In this document: positions 19,575 through 28,646 of the stretch, piece by piece | Layout of the letters: every line of letters starts with the position of its first letter | How positions within the stretch are numbered: position 1 is the stretch's first letter | Assembly (NCBI GenBank): GCA_963721455.1 | Contig: CAVRJG010000046.1 | Coordinates: forward strand, 1 to 64,000 | DNA: 64,000 bases | Source of the DNA: an uncultured Methanosarcinaceae archaeon | GTDB taxonomy: Archaea > Halobacteriota > Methanosarcinia > Methanosarcinales > Methanosarcinaceae | Direction: 5' to 3' | The notes under the pieces: model-generated | What the model was told of the DNA's origin: nothing | The model's database searches: none | Seen by the model: only the letters and a program-made list of their open reading frames with translations | Made by a program: the position numbers and the translations under genes

Positions 19575-20933
19575 ATGGCATTATTCGGAACGAACGGTGT
19601 ACGTGGTATCGCCAATGAATACATAAACCCAGAACTGGCAGTCAATTTAGCCAGGAGCCTTGGTACATACATGGGTTCGAAAGGCACGGTTGCTATAGGC
19701 TGTGATACCCGGATTTCAGGCCAGATGCTGAAGTCTGCCGCAATTGCCGGGGCTCTTTCAACAGGTCTGAATGTAATTGATGTGGGAACTGTTCCCACTC
19801 CTTCCATTCAGTATTATGTGCGCGACTATGCTGACGCAGGGATCGTTATCACGGCATCCCACAACCCAAGAGAATATAACGGAATCAAGTTGATTGCAGG
19901 GGACGGCACGGAGTTTCCCAGGGATGGGGAAATAGAAATAGAAAAAATTTACCTTTCAGGAAAATATTCGATTGTATCCTGGGAAAAAACCGGCAGTTTC
20001 AGAACCGATCCCGGAGTCAATGACTACTATATCAAAAATGTTATCAATTCAGTAGATGCCGAAAACATCCGCAGCAGTAGACTCAAGGTAGTTGTTGATA
20101 CGGGTTGCGGAGCAGGTTCTCTTACTCTTCCTTTCCTGCTCAGGGAACTGGGCTGCCAGGTGCTGACTCTTGGAGCTCAACCTGACGGGACTTTTCCCTG
20201 GCGGAATCCCGAACCCTTGCCCGGAGCCCTGACCGAGCTTTCCGAACTTGTGAAGATGACCGGCGCAGATTTCGGAGCAGCTCATGATGGGGATGCGGAT
20301 AGAATAGTCTTTATGGACGAGAATGGCGAATTCATAAATGAGGAAGTTCTGCTTGCCATGATGGCAAAATATATGCTTGAACGTGAAAAAGGCCCTGTAG
20401 TAACTCCTGTTAGCTCTTCGCAGCGCATGGCCGATGTAGCAAAGGACGCAGGCGCCGAGCTTTACTGGACAGCTGTTGGCTCCATCAACGTCGCTCGAAA
20501 GATGATGGAAGTAAATGCAGTCTTCGGAGGCGAAGGCAACGGAGGCCTTATTTTCCCCAAACATCAGTATTGCAGAGACGGAGCAATGGCCTGTGCCAAA
20601 ATCCTTGAAATCCTGGCTAATGGACGTAAGCTTTCCGAACTTACTAAAAGTGTGCCTGAGTATTTCAACGCAAAGACAAAAATTCCATCTTTAGATACGC
20701 AGGTTACGATGGAAAGAGTGAAATTCGAAGCTTCAGGGCTTGGGCTCAAAATTGACACCATCGACGGGGTCAAAATCTGGTACGAAGACGGCTGGGTTCT
20801 TATTCGCCCCTCTGGCACGGAACCGATTTTCCGGGTCTTTGCCGAGGCAAAAAAGCAGGAACGAGCAGAAGAACTCATGCATGAAGGCATGGAAATGGTC
20901 ACTAGAGCAGAAAAGGCCTCAGTCCTCAAATGA
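19575..20933 (+). CDS. glmM: Phosphohexomutase (GlmM/PMM family)
   Basis: FGTNGVRG, TASHNP catalytic Ser, DGDADR metal loop, GEGNGG, RPSGTEP; the substrate-level call is uncertain. Confidence 0.85.
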   Translation: MALFGTNGVRGIANEYINPELAVNLARSLGTYMGSKGTVAIGCDTRISGQMLKSAAIAGALSTGLNVIDVGTVPTPSIQYYVRDYADAGIVITASHNPREYNGIKLIAGDGTEFPRDGEIEIEKIYLSGKYSIVSWEKTGSFRTDPGVNDYYIKNVINSVDAENIRSSRLKVVVDTGCGAGSLTLPFLLRELGCQVLTLGAQPDGTFPWRNPEPLPGALTELSELVKMTGADFGAAHDGDADRIVFMDENGEFINEEVLLAMMAKYMLEREKGPVVTPVSSSQRMADVAKDAGAELYWTAVGSINVARKMMEVNAVFGGEGNGGLIFPKHQYCRDGAMACAKILEILANGRKLSELTKSVPEYFNAKTKIPSLDTQVTMERVKFEASGLGLKIDTIDGVKIWYEDGWVLIRPSGTEPIFRVFAEAKKQERAEELMHEGMEMVTRAEKASVLK

Positions 20934-21235
20934 ATTTTCTTACAGGTTAACCAGTGAGTGGATTCAAAAAGTCATAGCGCAGCAAGACTTGAATAAATCT
21001 TGATTTTCCTGTCGCAGCTATGGTAAATAAGGAATCCTGACTCTCTGGCATACCCATGCTGGAAACAGGAAACTCCGAGATCTATGAAATTTCGGGGTTT
21101 CAGTTAATTTCAAGATCTTAAACCCTTTTTAGGCTTCCCGACTTTTTGAGTACTTTTCTCTTATGATTTTATTATTGTTTTGCGGTGTAATAAATTATTT
21201 CAAATAGTTGCAAAAAATAAAAGCGATTATCCTCA

Positions 21236-21448
21236 AGCTGTCTCAAAATCAACCAATTTCTACAATTGGAATAAAACATTTCACTGTGAGTTCGCAGGTC
21301 TGAATTCCATAATTATTACTCATATACGGTAAACTCACGCATTAATTACGCTTTTAAACATAAATTCAAAGCATCTTGTTTATTTTATTAAGTAGTGATT
21401 TTTACTGTGAGGACTACACATTTAAAAGTCACTATTATTGAGACAGCC
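21236..21448. mobile_element. MITE
   Basis: TIR GCTGTCTCAA / TTGAGACAGC. Confidence 0.65.
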
Positions 21449-21493
21449 GAAATTATACTTTCAATTCAATATTAGTTCTGGATACACTCTTAT

Positions 21494-21727
21494 AGCCTGC
21501 TTTCGGCAGGTACTTTGTATTTTCGGCATAAATCCTCCAATACCCTTTTTGCCATTCAACGAAAGTCACGTCCAACATATACAATTCCGTACATGTGTAC
21601 TCACTTACATATGAATCAAAATTTGGGACATATGTAAACCATATCTAATATGTAAGTGAGGTATAGCTTCAAAAACGTCATCAGCAATAATTCTCATATT
21701 TTAATGTCTGCCTGCCGAATGCAGGTT
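21494..21727. mobile_element. MITE with a nested smaller inverted-repeat element (21598-21664)
   Basis: Outer TIR CCTGCTTTCGGCAGG / CCTGCCGAATGCAGG; inner CTCACTTACATAT / ATATGTAAGTGAG. Confidence 0.65.
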
Positions 21728-21931
21728 ACATGCAATCTTAACTATAGGTTCTAAATACATTTTCTCTAGCGTTTTTATATATTCATTGCATTTATAATAA
21801 CGGTCATATATTAAGCGGGCAGACAAAACGCGATCAGTAAAATATTAAGAAAAAACAAGTTGCCTGCCAACACGAAATCCGTAAAAATCTTAAGAAAAAA
21901 TAAGTTTTCCTCTCACATTCCGAATTCTAAC

Positions 21932-22004
21932 TTTTTGTATCACTTTGCGAGACAAAAATCTAATATTGGTGATGATTTGTTCGTAAATTATCCCGGTCTC
22001 AAAT
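21932..22004 (+). repeat. ~70-bp imperfect direct repeat, left copy (right copy 23978-24049)
   Basis: Shared TTTTTGTA, CACTTTGCG.GA.AAAA, ATATTG.TGA...TTTGTTCGTAA and TCAAAT blocks. Confidence 0.7.
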
Positions 22005-22080
22005 GTAATTGGCGCTTTTGAGAAAGGGTCGGAATGTGAATTATTTGCCGAAAGTAGATATCATGGGGGAGGAAATAGAT

Positions 22081-23178
22081 ATGAACAATTTTGCAAAAGT
22101 GGGGTCGGATGACAAATGTTTCTCAACGTTTATTCCACCTTATGTTCTTGATAATATGGCGAAAGCTGGAATTGAAGAAGCAAAGTCGACCATTCTGCAG
22201 AGCCAGTCTTTCCGGGAAAATAGGGCTGAGACTTCTAAAAAGATGGGTCTAGAGGCGGGATTACTTGGAGCTGTTGTGCCAATAGGCAGAGCATATGTGA
22301 TAGTATATGATTCTGAGAATACACAAGAGTTTCAAAAAAAATTAGTGCGTGATCAAGGAGGCAATTCTTCTGCTACTGGCAAAGAACCCGTAGACCTTGC
22401 TTACGATTACGTTAGCAAAGATCGCGATTGTTTAAAGAATGAAATAATAAACCGAAATTCCCTCGATAACAATGGCATGGATCTGATATGCAATGTACAT
22501 TTCGGTGTAAAATATAATAACGCTTTTTGGGATGGCGAGCAAATCACTTTTGGTGATGGAGACGATGTACATTTCACCAACTTTGCCAAGTCCCTTGATG
22601 TAATAGCTCATGAACTAGGCCACGGCGTTGTTCAGCATACGGCCAACTTTGAATATAAGGGTCAATCGGGGGCGTTGAATGAACATTTCGCTGATGTATT
22701 TGGAACTGTGGTTACGCAGTGGGTCGAAAAGCAGGCCACAAGAAAGGTTGATTGGCTACAGATGACAGAACAGGCTGATTGGCTAATCGGTGACGAGATC
22801 ATGGGGCCTGAATTATATGGAGAAGCTCTTCGTTCCATGAGTGAACCGGGAACTGCATATGATAACAATATTTTAGGCAAGGATCCTCAACCTGCGCATA
22901 TGAATGACATTTACACTGGCACTGGTGATAACGGTGGTGTGCACATCAACAGCGGCATTATGAACAAAGCTTTTTACCTTACAGCCATCGAAATAGGAAC
23001 CGATCAAGCAGCTTTAATCTGGTATAATGCATTACAGAACCTCTGGCCTACTGCAAATTTCAAGGAAGCCGTCGGGCAGATTGTAAAAGCTGCACGGATT
23101 CTTGCAAAAAATAACAACGTAGACAAAGAAGCAACACAAAGAGTAAGAGCAGCTTTTAGGGAAGTCGGGCTATTTTAA
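22081..23178 (+). CDS. Protealysin-like M4 (thermolysin family) metallopeptidase
   Basis: Short propeptide with FIPPYVL; NNAFWDG; HELGH; GALNEHFAD; DNGGVHINSG; no signal peptide; GGAGG before ATG 22081. Confidence 0.92.
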   Translation: MNNFAKVGSDDKCFSTFIPPYVLDNMAKAGIEEAKSTILQSQSFRENRAETSKKMGLEAGLLGAVVPIGRAYVIVYDSENTQEFQKKLVRDQGGNSSATGKEPVDLAYDYVSKDRDCLKNEIINRNSLDNNGMDLICNVHFGVKYNNAFWDGEQITFGDGDDVHFTNFAKSLDVIAHELGHGVVQHTANFEYKGQSGALNEHFADVFGTVVTQWVEKQATRKVDWLQMTEQADWLIGDEIMGPELYGEALRSMSEPGTAYDNNILGKDPQPAHMNDIYTGTGDNGGVHINSGIMNKAFYLTAIEIGTDQAALIWYNALQNLWPTANFKEAVGQIVKAARILAKNNNVDKEATQRVRAAFREVGLF

Positions 23179-23216
23179 ATTAGATTAATCAGCATAAACC
23201 TGATTAATGTAGAAAA

Positions 23217-23347
23217 TCGGCTCTGTAGAACCCTCTTAATTCGTGTAAAACTTCAAAATCACAATATTGTTAATATGCTACCATATATTAGGGGAAATGC
23301 CCCTTTAGCCGATTGATGTTAATTTTAGGGTACTTCTACAGAGCCGA
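23217..23347. mobile_element. MITE
   Basis: Perfect 14-bp TIR TCGGCTCTGTAGAA / TTCTACAGAGCCGA. Confidence 0.75.
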
Positions 23348-23372
23348 GAAAGAAGTAACTGTAAACTGGCCC

Positions 23373-23515
23373 AACTATCTCAAAATAATTATAATAATTA
23401 ATGGGTAATTACCAGATGATTCTACATTCAGATAATAATTAATCAGAAATTCATATTTTACAATAGTAAAATCTATTATCCAATTTATATTAGTGAATTG
23501 AGTTTTGAGACAGCC
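23373..23515. mobile_element. MITE, same end family as 21236
   Basis: Degenerate CTATCTCAAAA left end; TTTTGAGACAGCC right end. Confidence 0.55.
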
Positions 23516-23591
23516 AATTGAGGAATTTCATGGATTGCTTCCAGTGCCTTTGTGAAAGCACTGGGAGCTTTGCATAATAATACAGGAGCAG

Positions 23592-23921
23592 ATGGCTATA
23601 ATGCACATCGACTTTGAAAGTTCAGGTGGATATGCCAATATTACGTTAACATATCATGGGAACACCGAAGAACTTCCTGGTGAAGTTGCCAATAAACTCA
23701 TAGAGCTAGTAGAAAGCTCCAGGATATTTGATCTTAAAGAAAAAGAAGTTGCTCCCGGTTTATTCGGTCCTCCTGATGTGTTATACTACAAACTTACGAT
23801 TTATGAAGGCAATAAGAAGATATCTTTATCTTTTAATGATATTACAGTTCCAAATTCTTTACGCCAGCTTTTAACTTTTTTGCAAGAGCTTGCATGGGAA
23901 CAGATCAGAAAAGGCAAATAG
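23592..23921 (+). CDS. Emfourin (M4in)-like protealysin inhibitor
   Basis: 109 aa, I.FESSGGYA, D..YY.LTI, VP..L..L; lies downstream of a protealysin-like gene. Confidence 0.82.
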   Translation: MAIMHIDFESSGGYANITLTYHGNTEELPGEVANKLIELVESSRIFDLKEKEVAPGLFGPPDVLYYKLTIYEGNKKISLSFNDITVPNSLRQLLTFLQELAWEQIRKGK

Positions 23922-23977
23922 TAACTATTTGCCTCGTTACCTTAATTGTCTTAGAACTACCATCCGGGATCCTGGTT

Positions 23978-24049
23978 TTTTTGTACCCACTTTGCGGGAT
24001 AAAAATATCATATTGATGACACTTTGTTCGTAATACCTTGATTTCAAAT
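23978..24049 (+). repeat. ~70-bp imperfect direct repeat, right copy
   Basis: See 21932-22004. Confidence 0.7.
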
Positions 24050-24536
24050 CCCTGACACTCTTATATCTATTTACTGTACCAAAAGTTTCATTTTGCTGTT
24101 ATTATATTAACAAAATGACCTTTAAGCAGGCATTATTTCCTATCTTGGCAGGAGTTGGAATGTGGGTCATATCGTTATATTTTTTCCTTCTCTTTATGAG
24201 TATAGTATATTTTAGTATGAATAATGTTAAAATAAGTAACAACAAATTATAAATAGATTAAGCTCTTTATTACAAATGGGACTAAAACAGAGTTTCCCTC
24301 CGTAAATAAGTGTCTGTATGAGAACCTCCTGAGCTGAAAAATGCGTATCCTCTAAATTAAAAAAGTAGAAGGTTCTACATAATCTGATAAAAAGAACAGC
24401 CGGTAGTACAAGATCAACAAAAACACGAGATCAACAACTTATTTAAAAAACAGTCCGCGAATTCAAAAAGATGAGGTTGGGTTTCAAAGCCGGTACTGGA
24501 ATTTCGATGTCGGCTTTCATTCTCATCTCTTTAATT

Positions 24537-25670
24537 TTACTTTTTTCTGATTATTCTGTGTTTTTCCCAGTGTCCTGTGAGTTTCCCGCCAAAGGCAAGT
24601 TTTCCGAGCTCTCGCCTTACTCCGTCACTTACTTCTGCCGGAACGGCAGATGCGTAGGGAGTTCCTGGCAGGGGAGTCAGGTAGTGAGCCCTTACCGTGC
24701 CTCCTTTTCTGCAGATCCAGCGGACAAGGTCAAGGCTTTTTTCCTGGTCCTCCTCGGTTTCTGTGGGAAGGCCGAAGATGAAATCAACTGCAGGAACAAT
24801 TTCATGCTCCAGGCAGCACTCAACGGCTGAAATGCTGTCTTCCACAGTATGCCCTCTCCTGATCTCTTTGAGAATGCGGTCACTGCCGGACTGAGCACCA
24901 AGGCTGAGGCTGTCGTTTGCGCAATATTTCCTCACAAGTCCAGCCGACTCGTCGGTCACGAATTCCGGGCGCACTTCCGAAGGAAAAGTCCCGAAGAAAA
25001 TTTTTTTATCGGGCAGTTCATAAAGGGCAGAAAGCAATTTTTCCACTTTGTCAAACCTGGGATGGATTCCGTCACTTCCGTAGCCAAAGGCATTTGAGGC
25101 TATGAAGCGGAGGTCTTTATAATGTCTTGCATTTTTCAGAATGGAATCGATACTTCTGTGCCTGACTTCTCTTCCGAAAAGCCTGGGAGTCTGGCAGTAC
25201 CTGCATCCCCAGGGGCATCCCCTGCTAATTTCAATAGGAGCACGAAGCTTTTCAGGGTCGAAACATGGATAGATATCAAGGTCTGCATATGGCCTTTTCG
25301 GCGTTATGACAACCTTCCCGGTTTCTGAGTCCCTGTATGCAATGCCCCTGACCTTTCCCGGATCTCCTCCGTTCTGGATAACTTTTACAAGTTCAGGAAG
25401 GGTTTCTTCCCCTTCCCCGAGCACGACATAATCGAAATATTCAAGTGTCTCCTCTGGAACCCCGGACGGGTGAGGTCCTCCCGCAATGAAAATCGAATCC
25501 GTATCTGCATTTTTCACTTCCGTGAAAACCTTTGCTGCCTGCCGCGTCGTAAAACTGTAAATCATGATCCCGTTTAGAGGTTTGTCTGCAAACCCGGCGT
25601 CTGGCAGTAACGGGGAAAGGACCGCAAAGCTGTATGAGTTTTTCTTGCTATAGCGGAAGTGCACGTCCAT
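24537..25670 (-). CDS. B12-binding-domain radical SAM protein (TIGR04013-like)
   Basis: GGPHPS, GEGE, SRGCPWGCRYC (CxxxCxxC). Confidence 0.88.
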   Translation of the reverse strand: MDVHFRYSKKNSYSFAVLSPLLPDAGFADKPLNGIMIYSFTTRQAAKVFTEVKNADTDSIFIAGGPHPSGVPEETLEYFDYVVLGEGEETLPELVKVIQNGGDPGKVRGIAYRDSETGKVVITPKRPYADLDIYPCFDPEKLRAPIEISRGCPWGCRYCQTPRLFGREVRHRSIDSILKNARHYKDLRFIASNAFGYGSDGIHPRFDKVEKLLSALYELPDKKIFFGTFPSEVRPEFVTDESAGLVRKYCANDSLSLGAQSGSDRILKEIRRGHTVEDSISAVECCLEHEIVPAVDFIFGLPTETEEDQEKSLDLVRWICRKGGTVRAHYLTPLPGTPYASAVPAEVSDGVRRELGKLAFGGKLTGHWEKHRIIRKK

Positions 25671-25707
25671 TATTCTTTTTCTCCTTTTTTAAAATCCCGG
25701 GTTCTCT

Positions 25708-26871
25708 TCAGGGAATGGGTTTAAACGGGATTAGAGTAAAGCAGAGAAGGCCCAGGATAAAAGTAATAATTCCCAGGATGATGCGTTTTTTGTCCAGTTC
25801 GACCTTGTCGTGCAGGGGAGACGGATGGCCAGCTACTGCGAAAACCCAGAGTAGAAGAGCCCAGAAAATCCATATAATCCCGTCTTCCTTCAGCCAGTAG
25901 ATTACATAAAGCCCTATCAGGAACAGTATACGCGGCATCAGGGAAGAAACCTTTTCCGCTTTTTTGCCAAGCATCGCTCTGAGGATATGCCCTCCGTCAA
26001 GTTGCCCGGCAGGAAGAAGGTTGAGCAGGGTCACGAACATTCCTACCCAGCCTGCAAAGGCTACCGGATGCAGGTTGTTCCCTGTAGCACCGACAAGTTT
26101 CTGGATAAATACGAAAAGAGGGGGCAGGCCGAGATCATACATCAGAGAATCTGGCAAAGGTTTTACTGCAGGCACTTCAAGATTAAGTCCTATGAAAGTA
26201 ACTGCAATTGATATCAGCAGTCCTACCAGTGGCCCTGCAATCCCCACATCAAAAAGCGCTTTTCGGCTGGGCACAGGCCCTTTGTAGCGAATTACTGCTC
26301 CCATAGTGCCGATAAAAGTGGGGAAAGGAATAAAATAGGGGAGGGACGCCTTCATCCCATGATACCTTGCCATTGCATAATGAGCCATTTCATGAGAACC
26401 CAGAACTGCCATTATCGCAAGGGTAAAAGATAAACCCCGGAAAAGCTGCAGAGGTTCGTTCTTGAGGTCCACTCCGAACATCCAGGCTCCGCAAATCATG
26501 GTTGTAAAAAAGGTCGCTATGAAAAGGGCAAGGTTTAACCAGGTCTTTTCCTTTGCCTTCTTTTCAGGAACAATCAGCAGTACATGTTCTCCAAGCTCGT
26601 ACTTTAGGGTACATCCGAACCCAAACTGCTGCAAAGGTGCCCAGAGTTCTCCCATGACGTTCTCAGGATCGGTTTTCGGAGTTCCATAGAAATAAAGGGC
26701 TTCCCCGGAATTCTGGATCTCATACACGTCGAATACCCTGATTATGAAAGGGTATAAACGCGAAACCGTTTCTTCGGCATCGAGTTCTCCATGGCTTTTC
26801 TTATGGTTTTCTCGGTTCATTTTGGGGTTCCCGTTTCCGCAGCTTAAGATTTCATTTTCAGGTTTATCCAT
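25708..26871 (-). CDS. Site-2 protease (M50) intramembrane metalloprotease
   Basis: HEMAH, IAGPL, NLLP.GQLDGG; multiple TM segments. Confidence 0.92.
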   Translation of the reverse strand: MDKPENEILSCGNGNPKMNRENHKKSHGELDAEETVSRLYPFIIRVFDVYEIQNSGEALYFYGTPKTDPENVMGELWAPLQQFGFGCTLKYELGEHVLLIVPEKKAKEKTWLNLALFIATFFTTMICGAWMFGVDLKNEPLQLFRGLSFTLAIMAVLGSHEMAHYAMARYHGMKASLPYFIPFPTFIGTMGAVIRYKGPVPSRKALFDVGIAGPLVGLLISIAVTFIGLNLEVPAVKPLPDSLMYDLGLPPLFVFIQKLVGATGNNLHPVAFAGWVGMFVTLLNLLPAGQLDGGHILRAMLGKKAEKVSSLMPRILFLIGLYVIYWLKEDGIIWIFWALLLWVFAVAGHPSPLHDKVELDKKRIILGIITFILGLLCFTLIPFKPIP

Positions 26872-26913
26872 TTCAGGTTTTAAAACTTAATGTATCGTTT
26901 TTCGTTTTGCTGA

Positions 26914-27348
26914 TTATTTTTCAGTTTTACTGGTTCCCTGTTTGATCAGTTCAATAAATCCTTTGCTTCCGTTCACCAGAACAAGGTCTCCGTTATTTAA
27001 TACTTCGTAAGGGCTCTTTTCAAGCATATCTACGAGTGGGATTTCGGAAATAATGGCTCCAACTGCCACTATAGGTTCGGTTTCCAGGTTTATGATCGCT
27101 GCAGGAGCAGCTCCGTTTTTTTTCAGCTGATACATTACATACGAGCCAACTGTAGAGCCTTTTCCGTGGGGAAAAATAAGAACTTTATCTTTGATCGATT
27201 TTCCCACAAGAACATGGTTTTCTTCAATTATAACCCCCGTTTTCGGGTCTACACTGCCAAGGAAAGAAATGGGGTCTCTGGAGAGCAGTACTTCCCCTTT
27301 TGCACACCCTCTGGAAATTGTCCTGCCTTTTAGTTTAATAGGAACCAC
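26914..27348 (-). CDS. Phosphomevalonate dehydratase small subunit (aconitase X swivel domain, DUF126)
   Basis: ISFLG.VD..TG, GKGSTVGS; probable GTG start overlapping the large-subunit stop. Confidence 0.88.
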   Translation of the reverse strand: MVPIKLKGRTISRGCAKGEVLLSRDPISFLGSVDPKTGVIIEENHVLVGKSIKDKVLIFPHGKGSTVGSYVMYQLKKNGAAPAAIINLETEPIVAVGAIISEIPLVDMLEKSPYEVLNNGDLVLVNGSKGFIELIKQGTSKTEK

Positions 27349-28540
27349 CTGCCGTTTTTGCTGTCCTGCCAACTGCCTCCTCGATACAGGCCTCCATACT
27401 TCCGTAGACGGCTTCAGCCCTGCACATCCCTGGCACGTAAGCGAGAGCTTTTCCCGAGTTTACCATGACGCAGGAATAATTGTTGGTAGCCGGAGAAACC
27501 ACCATACAGGTGTCACAGATAACCTTAGCTCCACTTTCTTCAATAGTCCGAATCTGCTCCGGATAACGTTTTGCAAGTTCCCTTGAGGTAAAAATCCAGA
27601 ACTCTTTCGAAACGGTTTTTCCTTTCAGGAGTTCAGCTGCCTTTTCAAGCTCGGCTGCAGAGCAGTGAGGACATCCTATAGTTATCAATTCGGGTTCTCG
27701 GCAGGCTTTTCTCCGGCTCTCGTAAACGTCGTCAAGCTGATTTCTCTCAATAGTAATTTTCTCTGCCGGTTCTTCAAAATCCAGCCTGCAAGCTTCAGGC
27801 GTGACACCGTCCACATGGTAAAGGGCAACTGCCCCTGAAGCTGCCATTGCAGCTCCGAGAGATTTTAATTCATCTGCGTCCGGAATATTCCTGAGATGAA
27901 TAAGAGGCACTCTGCTCCCTACAAGTTTGCCGGCCACATAGCCAAGTGCGCCGTAATCCGATTCCTTCAATGAGCATTCCACATCAATTGAAACCTCAGG
28001 CACACGGTTTTCGTCCAGATGAAACCCGTAGTTTGCGGTTTTCCCGAGGAGTGCCGCAGAGAGGGCTGATGGTCCACCTTCCCGGTTTGTCCTGGCTCCG
28101 ATCACGGAGTTTGCATAGGAGACGGCTGATGATTCGCTCCAGGCCAGGTGGTCCCCGTAACTGACATCAAAACCCACAAGGGTATAAGGTGTGCACGTGC
28201 ACTCACAGCTAATTCCCAGCTTTTCATATGCCTGAATGATTAACTTTTGTTTTTCCGCAAAATCAGGCGAGATCCTGAGCCTTTCCCAGTCTTTCAGGTC
28301 CATTCCCGCAGGGTTCAGAATTGCAGGGACCTTGACTCTGCCCTGCAGGTCTGAGATCCATTCAAGGCCTGCATCGCCTATCGTTTTGTAAGAAACACCC
28401 GCTATCTGGGCGCTTTTGATGGGGATAAGCCTATCTGCACCGTAAATGTCTCCAAGGGCCACCAGGATCTCAATGGCCTGCCTTAGAGTCTCCCCGGCTC
28501 CTCCATTCAAAATATTCTCTTCTTCTTTTGTGAGGTACAT
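27335..28540 (-). CDS. Phosphomevalonate dehydratase large subunit (aconitase X, DUF521)
   Basis: CTCTPY, W.ESSA..YANSV.GARTNRE, GCPH.S, DTCMVV, NSGKA. Confidence 0.9.
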   Translation of the reverse strand: MYLTKEEENILNGGAGETLRQAIEILVALGDIYGADRLIPIKSAQIAGVSYKTIGDAGLEWISDLQGRVKVPAILNPAGMDLKDWERLRISPDFAEKQKLIIQAYEKLGISCECTCTPYTLVGFDVSYGDHLAWSESSAVSYANSVIGARTNREGGPSALSAALLGKTANYGFHLDENRVPEVSIDVECSLKESDYGALGYVAGKLVGSRVPLIHLRNIPDADELKSLGAAMAASGAVALYHVDGVTPEACRLDFEEPAEKITIERNQLDDVYESRRKACREPELITIGCPHCSAAELEKAAELLKGKTVSKEFWIFTSRELAKRYPEQIRTIEESGAKVICDTCMVVSPATNNYSCVMVNSGKALAYVPGMCRAEAVYGSMEACIEEAVGRTAKTAGGSY

Positions 28541-28646
28541 GCAAATTCACTCTGTAATTGCCAGTGCTTGAAAAAATTTTTATGTCCGCGCCTGCATGCC
28601 TTCTATTAAAGAGGTTCCGACAAGCTGCCTTTATTTATCCTTTTAT

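Noticed and set aside
23919-23924. Pyrrolysine read-through at TAG stops
   Set aside because: The emfourin TAG is followed at once by TAA; no convincing in-frame amber continuation was noticed in the genes checked
24310-24385. Further MITE (TGTATGAGAACCT / AGGTTCTACATA)
   Set aside because: Inverted repeat too degenerate to call without a genome-wide search
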